Below are positions 23,304 through 35,504 of a DNA stretch of 64,000 nt, in pieces; positions within the stretch are counted from its first letter, which is position 1; each line of letters begins with the position of its first letter. The position numbers were made by a program, and so were the translations under genes. Where the stretch lies: assembly GCA_030704615.1 (NCBI GenBank), contig CM060734.1:50096001-50160000 (forward strand), written 5' to 3'. This stretch comes from Takakia lepidozioides. Its lineage: Eukaryota; Plantae; Bryophyta. Below the pieces are notes generated by a model. The model was not told the origin of the DNA. It searched no databases and saw nothing but the letters and a program-made list of their open reading frames with translations.

Positions 23304-26300
23304 TCTGTCTGTCGCTCATTGCCGCTGCATTTCTTGTCTGATGCTTGTGAAAAGGGTGGAGCGGACTGGTTGCATTTCGTGCACAAGTCCAGGCTAAATG
23401 AGCGAAGGTACTGGTACTCACCTGAGGAGTATGATGCGAGAATAGTCGAAGCATTCTTAGACCTCCGCGCAATCAAGCCTGCAGACTCCAACTGGCAGAA
23501 GAATAAGTTCCACTGTCACTTCTATAATAAAATTATCAAGGACAAAGTGCAGCTTAACTGCCATTGTGTTGATACGGATTGCAAAAACAAGCACCACATC
23601 CCACCTGCCTTCAAGCCGTGGCCAGTTCAAAGTTCAATGAGGGTGGTGAATGCGGCCACCGCCAGACTCCGCGGCGCAAACCCAAAGGCCCGCACTTTGG
23701 CAGAAGTACGCGCACGGTATGGGGTGGGTTCTACTGTTTCAATGCAAGATGTGCATGATCTGACATCGCCATCGCCTGTGGCTCCAAGAAAAAGGAAACT
23801 TAGTGATGGGGCCCAAAAGAAAGAAAGAGAAAAGGCCGCAAGGTCTGCTCGGGAGGCTAGGGCAAAATCTCAACAGCAGACTCGCCCCCAAGACAGTCGG
23901 GAAGTGTCACGGGCTATGCCAGGGAGACGGTCTACGCAGGAGACCCAAACCATTAGTAGTTCAAGTGAGAGTCAGTCTGCTGAGCCGTCTGCAGACATCA
24001 TCCGGAATGATGAATTCGCGAGTCCGGGAGGGGTCTCATCTCCCGTCGACAATGTCTTGCCTGACCAGTCGAGGGCCCATGTGGACAAAGTCCAGTCGAA
24101 AGAGACTAGCAGTGGAGTCTATCCTGGCACATTGCGCCTGATACCTTTTGGGCTTCTCCCATCGGTGTGCCCACCAGTGGACGATCCAGAGTTCTTCCGT
24201 TTTTTCTACAGTTTCGCCTAGTCCGGACAGCTCAGCAGAACCATCCGAACAGCGGAGGAAAATTGGTTGAGCTCCCTTGAAGCTGAGGATGACGTCAGTG
24301 TTGACGATGAGGAGGAGGTAATGCCCAGTCTGTCCCCACAGTTGGTAATGTATCTGCTCGGTCTGCTGCATCAGTCTGCTTGTGGACTTGCTGGTCAGTC
24401 CCATGAGTTTTCTTGTCTTGCTTCCTGAGTCCAGTGCTACAGTCCCCTCCTGCAATCCACTATAGGTGCGCAGGTGTCTGTTGTCATAGAGTGTACTGGT
24501 TCAGTCTGCTGGAGTCCGCTGGTTCATTTGTGATGTGCCACGATGCTACTGAGTCTGTTGCCGTGAGTCTACTGCTGGTAAGTCTGATGCTGAGTTTTTG
24601 GATTTTCTGTCATATACTAGAATGAACGAGCCAATATTCAGGATGTCATGTGTGCTTGGCGGACGGTGAGGTCCGACCCTCTTTTAGCAGTGAATGCGGT
24701 GCGTCGGGAAGTGGAGCGGGTGCGGGAGTACATATTGTTCAAGTATCCTGGCTCAGCAGACGCCATAGCAGCACTGGATTCTCTAAACAATGCACGCGCC
24801 AACTCTCCGGTCAACAGTATACTGACTGCAGACTCGGTGGACACAGGGCCCACCCAATCTGGCATCCAGCAGACTCTTGCCCACCAGACTCTTTCCCAGC
24901 ATACTCCCATCCAACATAGTCTTGGCCAACAGACTCACAGTCAGCATAGTCTTGTCCAGCACACTCCCATCTACCAGACTCTCGTCCAGCATACTCTCAT
25001 CCACCAGACTGTTTTGCAGACTCCCAGCCAGCAGACTGCTATTCCGGAGACTCCGAGGCACTATACTACTATTCAGGAGACTCCCAACCAGCAGATTGCC
25101 AGCCAGAAGACGCCCATCCACCACAACGTTGTCCAGCGGACTGCAAGCCAGCAGACTCCCATTGTCACGACCACTAGGGGACTTTTTGGAGTTTGGCGCT
25201 CGCCATTGCCGCTCATTGATCCCGAAGCTGTGGACCTGACACTTGCCCGACTGAGGGATGTGGGAGAAGTCAATGCCAATATGGATTGGTATAATGAGCT
25301 CCATCGCATTGTCACGGACGGCCGATGGCCATTTGTTCCCTTTCATTATTCCATGGAATTTACTTTGGCAGAAGCGAATGAAGTTCTCGAAAGCGCACAT
25401 TCTGTTGCCCTGGCAGCCACGAAGGTCCAAAACCCCGCCACTACTTGTCCAATTAATCCTCATGGATGACCCACGGTCTCAGGAACTCAGACATATGCCC
25501 ATGGCACATCCTACCTTTGGGGTGCGGGGAAAGCACTTGTTTGGAATTACTGAAGAGTACTTTGATCGCATTGCTAATTCCTTCCTTCACCATCGATGGA
25601 TGCAGTTCGGCAATTTCCGTTCATACAATAAATTGGTAAAGGACCTGTAAAGTTTGAGGAAGTATTTGTTTCATTCAGATTCGGATGCGGGTAAGAAGAG
25701 TGTTGTGGATGAGGCGTTGCAAAGGTTTGCTGCGGTAATGGAGCGAGCAGTGTTCGACATCAATTGTCTTGAACAGACCGGATGTGTTCAAAGTCCTCTG
25801 GTACGGCTCCCCATTTGAATACCGCATGCCAGCGATTTGCCATTTCGATGGAGCATGCTTGGAACGCCAAATCAAAGATATTGGTTTCATTGGCAACCTC
25901 CTAGAAGGTAATGTCGGCTTCGTCTGGACCGTTGTGAAGTTCATGGTCTTTTCTTCCACCATGCTGTCAGACTCATTTTGTCCAACTCATCTGTTTCAGG
26001 AATGTCCGATTTAGACGAGCACGTGTAGTCTACTTTCGATTCCCTTGCCAGAGGTGCACGAGATGTTGTGCTGGCGTTACAGGGACTCCATGACACCATT
26101 CAGCAGACTGCTGAAGACGCCATTGCTCAGCAGACTGACCCACTGCAACAAAAAGAACATGGACAGACTGTCCACATTATCCCAGCCAATGTTCAGGAGA
26201 GTGGACGCACTACAGGTCACACCGAGGACGAGGAGACTGATGAGCAGATGGACAAGCAGACCAGTGAGCAGACTGAAGGACTGCCTCTGTACTAGCAGAC

Positions 26301-26473
26301 TGATGACCTGCCTCTGCAGCAGACCATGCAACATACCAATGACGTGGCTGTCAAGCAGACCGTCTAGCATACCAATGACCAGACTGGGCTGTAGACGGAT
26401 GACCTGGCTGTGCACCAGCAGACCATCCAGCAGACTAAAAGTAGACCAGACTGTCCAGACTAGACCAGACTGA
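23304..26473 (+). pseudogene. Multi-exon TE-borne gene of unknown function (Cys/His-rich N-terminal part, basic and Gln/Thr-repeat disordered regions); may be the N-terminus of the Ulp1 protein
   Basis: Open segments 23319-24221 and 24648-25469. Splice-like signals: GTGAGC at 23219 with CGTAG at 23303; GTAATG at 24318 with TTCAG at 24641. No family recognised. Confidence 0.45.
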
Positions 26474-26879
26474 AAGTAGACCAGACCAGACCAGCAGACC
26501 AGACCGTCCAGCAGACTGATTTAGCAATCACCACAATGACAGTGCCCTGCAAACTGTCCAGCAGGGTTCATGGTGACATTATCAAAGTTGGAATTGTACC
26601 AGATGTCATTCTGAACATTCCCCTGGTGTACATCTACATCAAATGTGAGCCTGGCAGCCCTGGCTAGAGAAGAACATGAAGAGGGCTTACAATTTCGTTT
26701 GCCCGGGCGTAAACATTGCTGGCAATGAGAAGAAGGCAGGAAAGCAGTTTAGTGTTGCTAGCATGCATGCGGAGACGCCGTGTAGAAGTTAGGCTCAGAC
26801 TTTTATCATGGCTGGATTTTGTTGATAGTGTTCCTACACTTACTCTCTGGGATTTTATTTTATTTTGTGGAGCTTGAAT

Positions 26880-27771
26880 CCCCAATGGTACTTCTTTCAC
26901 TACAATAGTGGTATGTGTTCCTCTAGTCATGTTCCTAATCACTTGCACGCCACTGTAATAGTGGTATAATTTAAAACTGTAAGAGTAGCCAAATATACAC
27001 AATTGCCTCCATTACCACTCATATAGTGGTATAAGTAATCACCTATATATTACTGTATTAGTGGTATGAATCTCCAGTGGTATTCCTAATCACTTACACA
27101 TCACTCTGTTAGTAATCATTCCAATCCATTCCCACTCAGAGAGACACCATGGATGATTCAAATAGCTTACATACCACTATGTGGGTAATCATTCCAATGA
27201 CCTGCTGAGAGACGTCATCCACTCACATAACCACGGTTTGAGTGATATTGTATACTCTCAGTTTTCATAGACTGACTCTGTGAGTCATTTCGCAATCACT
27301 CAACAAGTGGTTTCGGAAGTCATTGAATTTTTCACTCCATCCATTTTGTAGCACCGACACAGGACACGTGTCCATGCTGAGAGTGTCGCCACGTGTCAAC
27401 ATAATCTCCAATATCATCCACGGACCACCGACTTCCACGTGTCCACTGGAAAACGGAAGTGGTTACTTTACCACTATGACACGTCATAAGTGGTTGGTTT
27501 ACCTCAGTGACACGTCATTGACACGTCACATTGGTGAGTTTGCACGTCACAATGGTTAATTTACCATTGTGACATGTCGGCGAATAGGTGGACTCGGACG
27601 TGAGTGGTTTAAACCACTGTTCTTAACCACTGATGCCACATAATGTCTTTTACCACTCACTTGTCCTAATCCACTGGTTCTTCATCACTCTGGGGCCAGA
27701 GTGGTTTAGTGTCTTTTACCACTCAAAATGAGTGGTTAACAGAGTGGTTATTCCGCGTTTTTCTTCTAGTG
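26880..27771. mobile_element. Solo end of a CACTA element (second family) within the MULE's Ulp1 gene region
   Basis: ...TTTTTCTTCTAGTG at 27771 (= CACTAGAAGAAAAA), preceded by dense ACCACT/AGTGGT subterminal repeats. No matching left end found. Confidence 0.65.
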
Positions 27772-28811
27772 GGAGCTGTGGTGTCGTTTCTATGAGAAGA
27801 CGGTTGAGGAGAAGTACTCAAGTATTGTTGCACTTCTGCCAGCCTCAACGTGGTCTCTTATGATGACATACTGGGACAGGCCACGGGAAAGGCTAGTGGA
27901 CAATCTGCATTCTTGTTGGAGCGTCCCTCGGCTCGGCAAAGACATAAAAGACTGCCATCATATAATCATTCCGATTGTGGAGGAGTAAGTTCTCGCATAC
28001 CCAGTCTGCTTTGTCGGGCCACAGTGGTTGAGTCCGTTCAGTCTGCTCAGTCTGGCAAATCTGCCCAGTCTTTTGAATAAGGTCAGTCCGTTCTTACCGG
28101 CCTTTCGTGAGTAGTCCTCCTAGTCTGCTCAGTCTGGCAAATCTATCCAGTCTGAGGTCAGACTGTTCTTACCGGCCTCTCTGGGAGTTCGGACAGTCTG
28201 CTCAGTCTGCCCACTCTCCTGAGTCTGCTGAGTCTGCTGAGTGCTGAGTCTGCTAAGTGTACTAGGACCAAGACCCAGCCTACTTGCGAGTCTGCAGAGT
28301 CTGCTGGAGAGTCAATTGGAGTGGTCTGCTGAGAGGACTATGGGTTGAGAGTGTGTAGCAGTGAGACTCATGAGAATCGTCTTGCAAGGGGCACTGGAGT
28401 GTTGTTGTCATCGACGTGTAGAAATGCTGCTATACTCACATGAACTCCATCAAGTCTTTGCATGGTTGCCCATATGTTTTGTCATGGATACGGAAGCTGC
28501 ATGCAGAGTTTTTAGACTACAGTGTTGATTCACTGGGTTGGGAGGAGGTTAGGGCATTTCAGTTCAACCAGCCTGAAGTGCCCCAACAGCCATTCAGCTG
28601 GGAATATGGGTTTTACGTCATGCCATTCATCCAAGGATATTATGAATGGCTACAAACTGGGCATAGTCGAACCTCTTCTAAAAGGGCAGAGAGAGGAGTA
28701 CATTTCACGAAAAACTGGTTTACGTTCAAGTTTGCACTTGGCCAACAGATGCAGTGTTTTAAGTACATCTTGAATGGTTTGGCCGCTGCTGAGAAAGCGG
28801 TATCCTCATAG
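27772..28811 (+). pseudogene. Ulp1-like SUMO protease (peptidase C48) domain, inactivated
   Basis: 'DIKDCHHIIIPIVE' then GTAAGT intron (~27986-28388), then 'GHWSVVVIDV*KCCYTHMNSI...VPQQPFSWEYGFYV'. Catalytic His (HW) and oxyanion Gln are kept, Asp>Asn and Cys>Tyr, with an in-frame TAG at 28419. Confidence 0.8.
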
Positions 28812-28875
28812 ATATCCGTCTGGGCCAGAGATTAGAGGTGCACTATAGGACGCATTTATAATGTACGCATGCTTT

Positions 28876-30032
28876 CACTACAGGAAAAGGGGGAGGGTTT
28901 CGACGCCGCAGCCACGCCGCGACGTCGTAAAACAGCCCTTTTCGGGCAGGGGGGAAGAACCAAATTTGCGACGCCCGGGCGTCGTAAGCCTATCGCCAAA
29001 AAAAACGTCGCAAATTTGTGACCAATGGCGGTCGCAAATAGGCGAAACCGCGATTTGTGATGCCGACGTGATTTGCAACGCCCAAGCGTTGGGAAAAAAA
29101 ATTAAAATAAAATAAAAAATAAAAATCTACTCTGTATTGCAGAATTAGCACCGTCCAGGGGTCGCAAAGTGTGACGCCCGGATGTCACAATTTAAGGGGG
29201 TACATTTGAATTTACGCGGAAAAAATTGAATTTGAAATTTGAATTTCAAAAACTTGTTGACCATTGGCTCTGGCGTTGACCATTGACTTTGGTTCTGTCT
29301 AATCGCAATATGTTCATTGTTCTACATATATCATGCAATGCATACTTGAACCTAAGACCTCCACGTTTTAATATTTTTAAGACACTACAAACTAACCAAC
29401 ACACCTACGCTATATCTATGCATCACAAAAGCAATCTAAATATATATATATATATATACATATAAAGATTTCCTTCAAGTTCCTTCTAAGGGGGTCTCTC
29501 TTGTGATGCCGAGGAGTTGCAACCTCCATAGCCTTAATGCCCAACTTCAGCCCCAGTCCCAGCGTCGTCGCCGTTGTTGCACCCCCCCCACTGCCAGGCG
29601 CCCCAAACGACGTCCTTGTGATGACCAAAGCTGAACACAACACCATTGCGACCCACTGTGGCGAAGCTGTTGCGACCCCCTGACATCGCAACGTTGGGCG
29701 TCCCAGCACGGGGCGCCCCCAACGACGCTTTTGTGAAGTTGAGGGCCGCAAAACCAAAAAAAAAAAAAAAAAAAAAAAAACTCTTACTGTGGTGATGTTG
29801 TTGCGACGCCCTGACGTCGCAGAGGTGCTGGGGCGCCCTTAGTGACGCTTTTGTGACGCCGAGACGTCGCAAGAAAAAAAAATCCGTCGTAGCGAAGGCC
29901 CTCTTTCCCCCTTCATGCCACCTTATGACAGCTGGGCGTCGTAATGGTATCGCAGCGAGCTCGGCGTCGCGGGCTCAGCGCCGCGCAGGGCATGGTTGGC
30001 ACCGCAAAACCCCTCCCCCATTTGCTGTAGTG
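28876..30032. mobile_element. Non-autonomous CACTA element, complete, 1157 bp
   Basis: TIRs CACTACAGGAAA / TTTGCTGTAGTG. 3-bp TSD TTT (28873-28875 and 30033-30035). GCGACG/CGTCGC subterminal repeats. Confidence 0.93.
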
Positions 30033-30774
30033 TTTTGAGCATTTGCAACGAAATAAAAAATGACTTGGCATACATATCCTATTGGTCGATGATGAGTGCA
30101 GTGTGGAGTCCATCCTGTAGATTTGTGACCAATTCACTGCATGTTGTTAAGCGGACTTTCCCCTGCATAGTGCGAGCACACACAATCAGTTTGTTTAACA
30201 TACCAAGGGAGTCCACTGGTCAGCAAACAGCCGAGAGTCAGCAGACTGCCATAGTACGTGAAGACTCACCAGTTATGAGAGGGCAATGTCGCCAGACTGA
30301 CGAGAGTCCGATAGACTGAGGAAATGGGACCAGTCCGACAGTCTGGCAAATGTGATTGGGAAGCTGCATGACTCTGCACTGGTGAGCAGACTGCTGAGAG
30401 TTGCCAGACAGACGAGAATCCGACAGATTGGGGAAATGGGACCAGTCCGGTAGTAGGGCGGATGCGATTGGGAACCATGACTCTACACTGGTGAGCAGAC
30501 AAGCGAGAGTCACTGGAGTGCTAAAGTACAGGCGGATGGCATTGGCCAGTAGTCTGCCAAGTTTGGTCAGCAGAGTAAGTGAGGGTCCACCGTACTCAGA
30601 AATAGCGAGTCTGATGGACAGACCGCATGATGGTCACTGGTCAGCCGAGTGCAGGCCAGTTCAGAACCAGGAGACTGCATAATTTGTTTTCCTGCTGATG
30701 GACAGGTCAGAGTGTTTACAAGCCTATGACCACAATGGTTCAAAGACTGACGTCCGACTGAGCAGAAGTCTGGT

Positions 30775-30910
30775 ACAGCAGACTGGTTCAGACGCCAGAA
30801 GACTGGTTGAGCAGATTGGTTCAGACGACAGAAGATTGGTTGAGCAGATTGGTTCAGACGCCACAAGACTGGTTCAGCAGAGTGGTCCAGACGCCACAAG
30901 ACTGGTTGAC
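30775..30910. repeat. 33-bp tandem repeat (~4 copies) built from the MULE motif
   Basis: (C/G)AGCAGA(C/T/G)TGGT(T/C)CAGACG(C/A)CA(G/C)AAGA(C/T)TGGTT repeated in tandem. Confidence 0.85.
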
Positions 30911-30999
30911 AGACAGGTTGGAAGTCTTGTGCACATGCATTCGTACTGCCGAATTTTTATTTCATCAGGAGAATGATAATGTAGCATTTCCTACATATT

Positions 31000-32600
31000 T
31001 TACTCTACTTCACAATTGGTATACGGTCTGCAACCCTCCGGATTGTGAGTATATGTGTGCTGTAGGTATTGGGCACCAACCATCTTCCCTGTTTTGCGTA
31101 AGACTCTGGGTCGCGTTTTCCATGCCTCAACGAAATCTCGTTTCATTTTCAGCGACATGTTGTTGTTGTCATTTACAGGACGGAAACTCTTTGCTGCCGC
31201 AAGGTGCAACATTCCTGCAGCACTCTTGGCGAGAATATCAACAAGCTGCCCCCTACAGATTCGAAGAGAAGACAACACATGTTTCTCCAGGTATTTGTCG
31301 TCACCAACAATGTATGTCTGCAAATTCTTCATCCATGGAGGATGGTACAAGGACAGGCTCCGCATCATAGGGGAAGTCAAATGTAGAAGGGCCATCTATT
31401 GCATTTCCAATTTAACCCTCTTCGTCACCTCCACTTGCATGAACCCTAAACACATTATGTAATCCTCCATGAATGGTTCCCAGCGCCGTGCCACAAGCGC
31501 GCACTATGAGTCCATCCTGCAAGTGTGGATGAAGCAACTTCAGGACTCGGACTTGATGTTTGCACAAATTGCCCTTCATTGCCCATGGGCAAGTGCAAGA
31601 AGCCCATTCGCATCCGGGTGATTGCAGCCTACAGTGTCCATTTTTTGACGTAATTGCGTCATTTTTCCTGTACATAGTTTGTTGGTTTTGATCTACAATC
31701 TTATATTTCTATGAAATTTGTTAAAATGGACTCACAACATTGTACCTATCTACATGTAGTATCTATATTCTCAGACTTGCCGCCAAAAACCGTTATCTCT
31801 AGAAGTGATGGACTTTATGAAAGGTCCATAAGCTTTTGTTACATTCCATACAAAATTTGTTGTGGACTCATTATCTGTTAGATTTTGTATCATAATTGGA
31901 ATAAAGGACTTGACCCTCCCTTGCTATTATGATAAAGAATCTAGTGTGAGAGTTTTTTAATATTTTTACTCATTAAACTAAATTTTATGTACTTTATCAA
32001 CCTACCAATAACAGCCATTTTCATAAAGTCCTTTACAATATGAAAACCAAACCACCCCATGAACTGTCTTCATTAAATACAACCATTTATTATAGATGAA
32101 GGGTGGGCCAAGGTCAAATTTTCAAAAACATGTACTTTTGTGATTATGGTCAAGTTTGGATTACGTCATCGACGACACGTGACGGCATATATCCTCCATA
32201 ACATCTTTCTTTTTCCCATTTGAAATGACAGTATCCCAACAATAGACGTTCCACATGAAACCATGTTTTGGTTTTTTTTTCATGATTTTTATTTTTTATC
32301 TTATGTACTTTTATGTAGGCCACATCTTCAACTTTTTGGTCCACTCTTCGTTGCAACTACCCATCTGGGATTGTAAACAATGTAAATTGTGTTTGGGTGA
32401 TTGGTGCTTAGAACATAGGCTGGTTGCGTGCCGCAAACACAGAACTGGACATGTACTTCTCCTGTTTGTCATTCCTTATGAATCCGTGCGTCTTTAGGTG
32501 AATTGCATACCACTAGTGTGTTAGCACACGGTCTGTGAGTTCCCATATGAGCCAATCCACTCTACGCCCAGTCCTTCCATTATTCTGTACCATGCCCATG
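31000..32600 (-). pseudogene. MULE transposase C-terminal part with SWIM zinc finger, split by an insertion
   Basis: 'GRRVDWLIWELTDRVLTH*WYAIHLKTHGFIRNDKQE...TIYIVYNP' (~32575-32365) joins 'CEWASCTCPWAMKGNLCKHQVRVL' (CxC-x7-CKH) once 31616-32362 is removed. Confidence 0.8.
31616..32362. mobile_element. 747-bp non-autonomous TIR element with a 4-bp TSD
   Basis: Imperfect TIRs GGGTGATTGCAGC.TACAGTGTCCA / TGGTCCACTCTTCGTTGCAACTACCC, flanked by ATCC / ATCT. Excision restores the SWIM reading frame. Confidence 0.7.
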
Positions 32601-32756
32601 CCTCATTGATCCCATGACCGATGTGGATGCCTGGATGTTTTTATGGTCTTCATGTGATCATGGCCTCATCATCATGCCCATTTTGTACAGTACGATAAAT
32701 GGTAATCAAGTATTCAATTATCACGCAAATGTACTAAGCCGGGTGGTACGCCAAGC

Positions 32757-34496
32757 GACTATTGGGCGTGGCAAAAAAAAAAACAGCAGGAGCAGGAGTC
32801 GAGCTCCGCCACGCCCGGGCGTGGGTTTTTGCGACGCTCTGGCATCGCTTTTGTTTTATATTTAATAAAAAGAAAGAAAACGTGACGCATGTAGGGTGAC
32901 GGGCTTCCGCGACACCAGGGCGTCGCGGCTTGCGACCCCCGGATCAAAAAAACACGTCGGGCGTTGCACGGAGTACATGGCAAGGGTGGATGAGGAAGCC
33001 CCTCGGATGTGGAAGGAAGAAGAGGATGCACGAACCAAAGACATCGTTTTGCCCAAAAAATCGAAGAGGGTAAAATTGTCGACCTTGGTGATTGAGCAAG
33101 CGCATGACTTCATACTGAAGAACACCCCATCCATACATGAGTGGGAGGCAAGATACAATAATCTTGTTCAGCAACGAGAGGAGGAGACGCTTGCATGGAG
33201 GCGGAACCATCCAAGGCCGGTTACTAGACGCCCACGACGAGGAGCGGGCCGCCGGAATGTTCCTTCACAAAATTTGCCCATGGAATTGCAGCCTCTAAGT
33301 TCATTCCAACAGTGGCTTCAGACTTCAGTTTATGACATCGTTGCTAAAGGAGATGTGGTTTCAGATTTGGTGCAAGACATTGCAAGGGGCCCCTCTCAAT
33401 TTGCGACCTCATACACGGCGGTTTGGGTTCACGGTCGTCATTTCCGCATTCGTGCTCTTGACATGAAGCGCAAAACAACCTTTGATTCTGGCTTGTGTGC
33501 CATATATTGGCAAGACTCCGTGTGGGCCAAGGGAGATACACAACCTACTATGCGCAAACTTGAGTACATTGGAGAGCTTAAGAGCATACTTCAACTTCAA
33601 TATACAAGGTACTGACATCTTCTCTTCAAGGGAAGGTGGTTCCAGCCACATCTTGTGGGGCCCTCCGCAACATTAGTGCCACTAAATATATTGGAGCAAC
33701 ACATGTAGATGTGGTATCAAGAGAATTATCAAAATGATTGTCATAATCTACAAGAAGGTCCACAACAACAAGCTAAACCATAAAGAAAACAAACACACTA
33801 CCCCAGTACCATATGAAAATAGAAAAAAACTAAGAACCCCCAAATGCCCTAAACCTAAACCTATAAAGCCCTGCAGTCGCTGCCTGCGACCCCCACGCGT
33901 CGCAACCTGCGACGCGTTTTTTTAGATTTATGAGACCGGGGGTCGCAAACGGCGACGGCAAACCGTCGCCAACTGCGACATGTTTTTTTTGTTTTGAAAG
34001 AATAGATTTATGAGGCCGGGGGTCGTAATCGGCGACGGCTAGCCGTCGCAAACTGTGACATGTTTTTTGTTTTGAAAGAATAGGGCAGCTGGGCTGTTTG
34101 CGACGCCCGGCCGTCGCAGGGGCCTTTTGCCCTTCATGCCACCATGCGACGGCCGGGCGCCGCAAGAAAGGGCTGCGATGAAAGAAAGGGCAAGAAATAG
34201 CTGTTTTTTTTTTCGGCTTGCGATGACCGGCCGTTGCCAGAAAGGGCTGCCTTCTGCTCTTCGCTGGGGGCGACGCTTGGGCGTCGCACGGAATGGCTGC
34301 ATGTTGCCCTTCATCCGCCCGTGCGACGGCCAGGCGTCGCCCTTTGGCCCCAGCGCCAGGTGGCGACCCGCGGGGTTTGGCTTCGACGGCCCGGCATCGC
34401 AAACACGCTCCGCGGGGTTGGCGTCGCACGCTCGGCGCCGCGCGGGGCGTGGGGGCGCGGCTGGCGTCGCAAAACCCCCCCCCACTTGCTGTAGTG
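32757..34496 (+). mobile_element. CACTA element (same family as 28876-30032), left-truncated, with a transposase fragment at ~32960-33680
   Basis: Right TIR CCCACTTGCTGTAGTG ends at 34496; GCGAC repeats. ORF 'IEQAHDFILKN...IARGPSQFATSYTAVWVHGRHFRI...TFDSGL...YIGELKSILQLQY' is typical of the CACTA transposase C-terminal region. Confidence 0.88.
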
Positions 34497-34935
34497 TGTC
34501 ATTCAGTTTCCTGAAGTCAACACAAAAGCGGGTGGTGCCATCTTTCTTTCCAACCAGGACAATATGACTAGCCCAAGGAGAAACTGATGGCTTAATCACA
34601 CCAGCATCAAGCATTTTCTGGATTTCTTTTTGGACTATAGCACGTTCTTTGACACTCTCTCGGTAAGCAAATTGTTTGATAGGAGGTCCTTCTGTAACAA
34701 TGTCATGTTGAAGGGTGGGAGTACGTCCTAAATCAGTGGACCCCAAGCTGAGAACATCTAGATTTTTTGCAATAAGCATCTCAACTCTCTTTCTTTGCCC
34801 TGAGGAGAGGGTGGTACCCAACTTGATTTCAGACAGCACTTTTGCGAGGGCTTTCTTACCTTCAAGACTGAGATCATGAATAGGTGGTGGTGCAATTGCA
34901 ACAAAAGCAGCAACAACATCCAAGGGGCCATGTTA

Positions 34936-35283
34936 TATGCCTATGGCCTCTAGTCCAAAGCCAGCTTGCACCTCTTGTATTTCAGCAATAGATAAGGCAG
35001 CGATGCGAGCCAGGACCTGCCCTTTCTTAATGGTCACAGGGAAGCGCTCAGGATTAGCAATTAGAATCTTGACTTCTTGCCTATATCCCCTATCTATAAC
35101 ACCTGTGGCGACTAGACAATGTTTGAGGGCAGTCAGTCTCCTCCAGCCTTCAACCTCCAGGAAGTGGGCAGCTGGACAGAGGAAGGCCAGACCAGATTTA
35201 ACCACTTTCTCGATCATGGCAGGGATGGTTATGTTGAGAGGTGCACGAATCAGGGTAGAATTCCTTGGAACAGCTACGGGCAT
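34936..35283 (-). pseudogene. dUTPase-like domain of the Gypsy pol
   Basis: 'GVIDRGYRQEVKILIAN' (motif III), 'IKKGQVLARI' (motif IV-like) and 'AGFG' (motif V-like). In frame with both protease and RT, separated only by single stop codons. Confidence 0.8.
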
Positions 35284-35442
35284 CCCTGTTTTACCACCAG
35301 TACTAGGAACATGTCATTGATATAAGAGTTGAAGATCAAGCTGAAACTTGTAAAAATCATTCCAATTGAGGGTGGAGTGAGAGTTTTGTTGTACCTCTTT
35401 GACCATGGCTTGGACTCTGGATAGATTGGCTGTAGCAGAGCC

Positions 35443-35504
<62 letters not shown>

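Larger units (their letters stand above)
20730..32700. mobile_element. Large Mutator-like element (MULE) relic: SWIM transposase (-), Ulp1 protease and orphan exons (+), saturated with AGTCTG/CAGACT; ends not defined
   Basis: The motif-rich sequence runs from ~20895 to ~30910 and continues into the 3' end of the SWIM transposase. It is interrupted by CACTA elements and a 747-bp TIR element. Confidence 0.65.
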
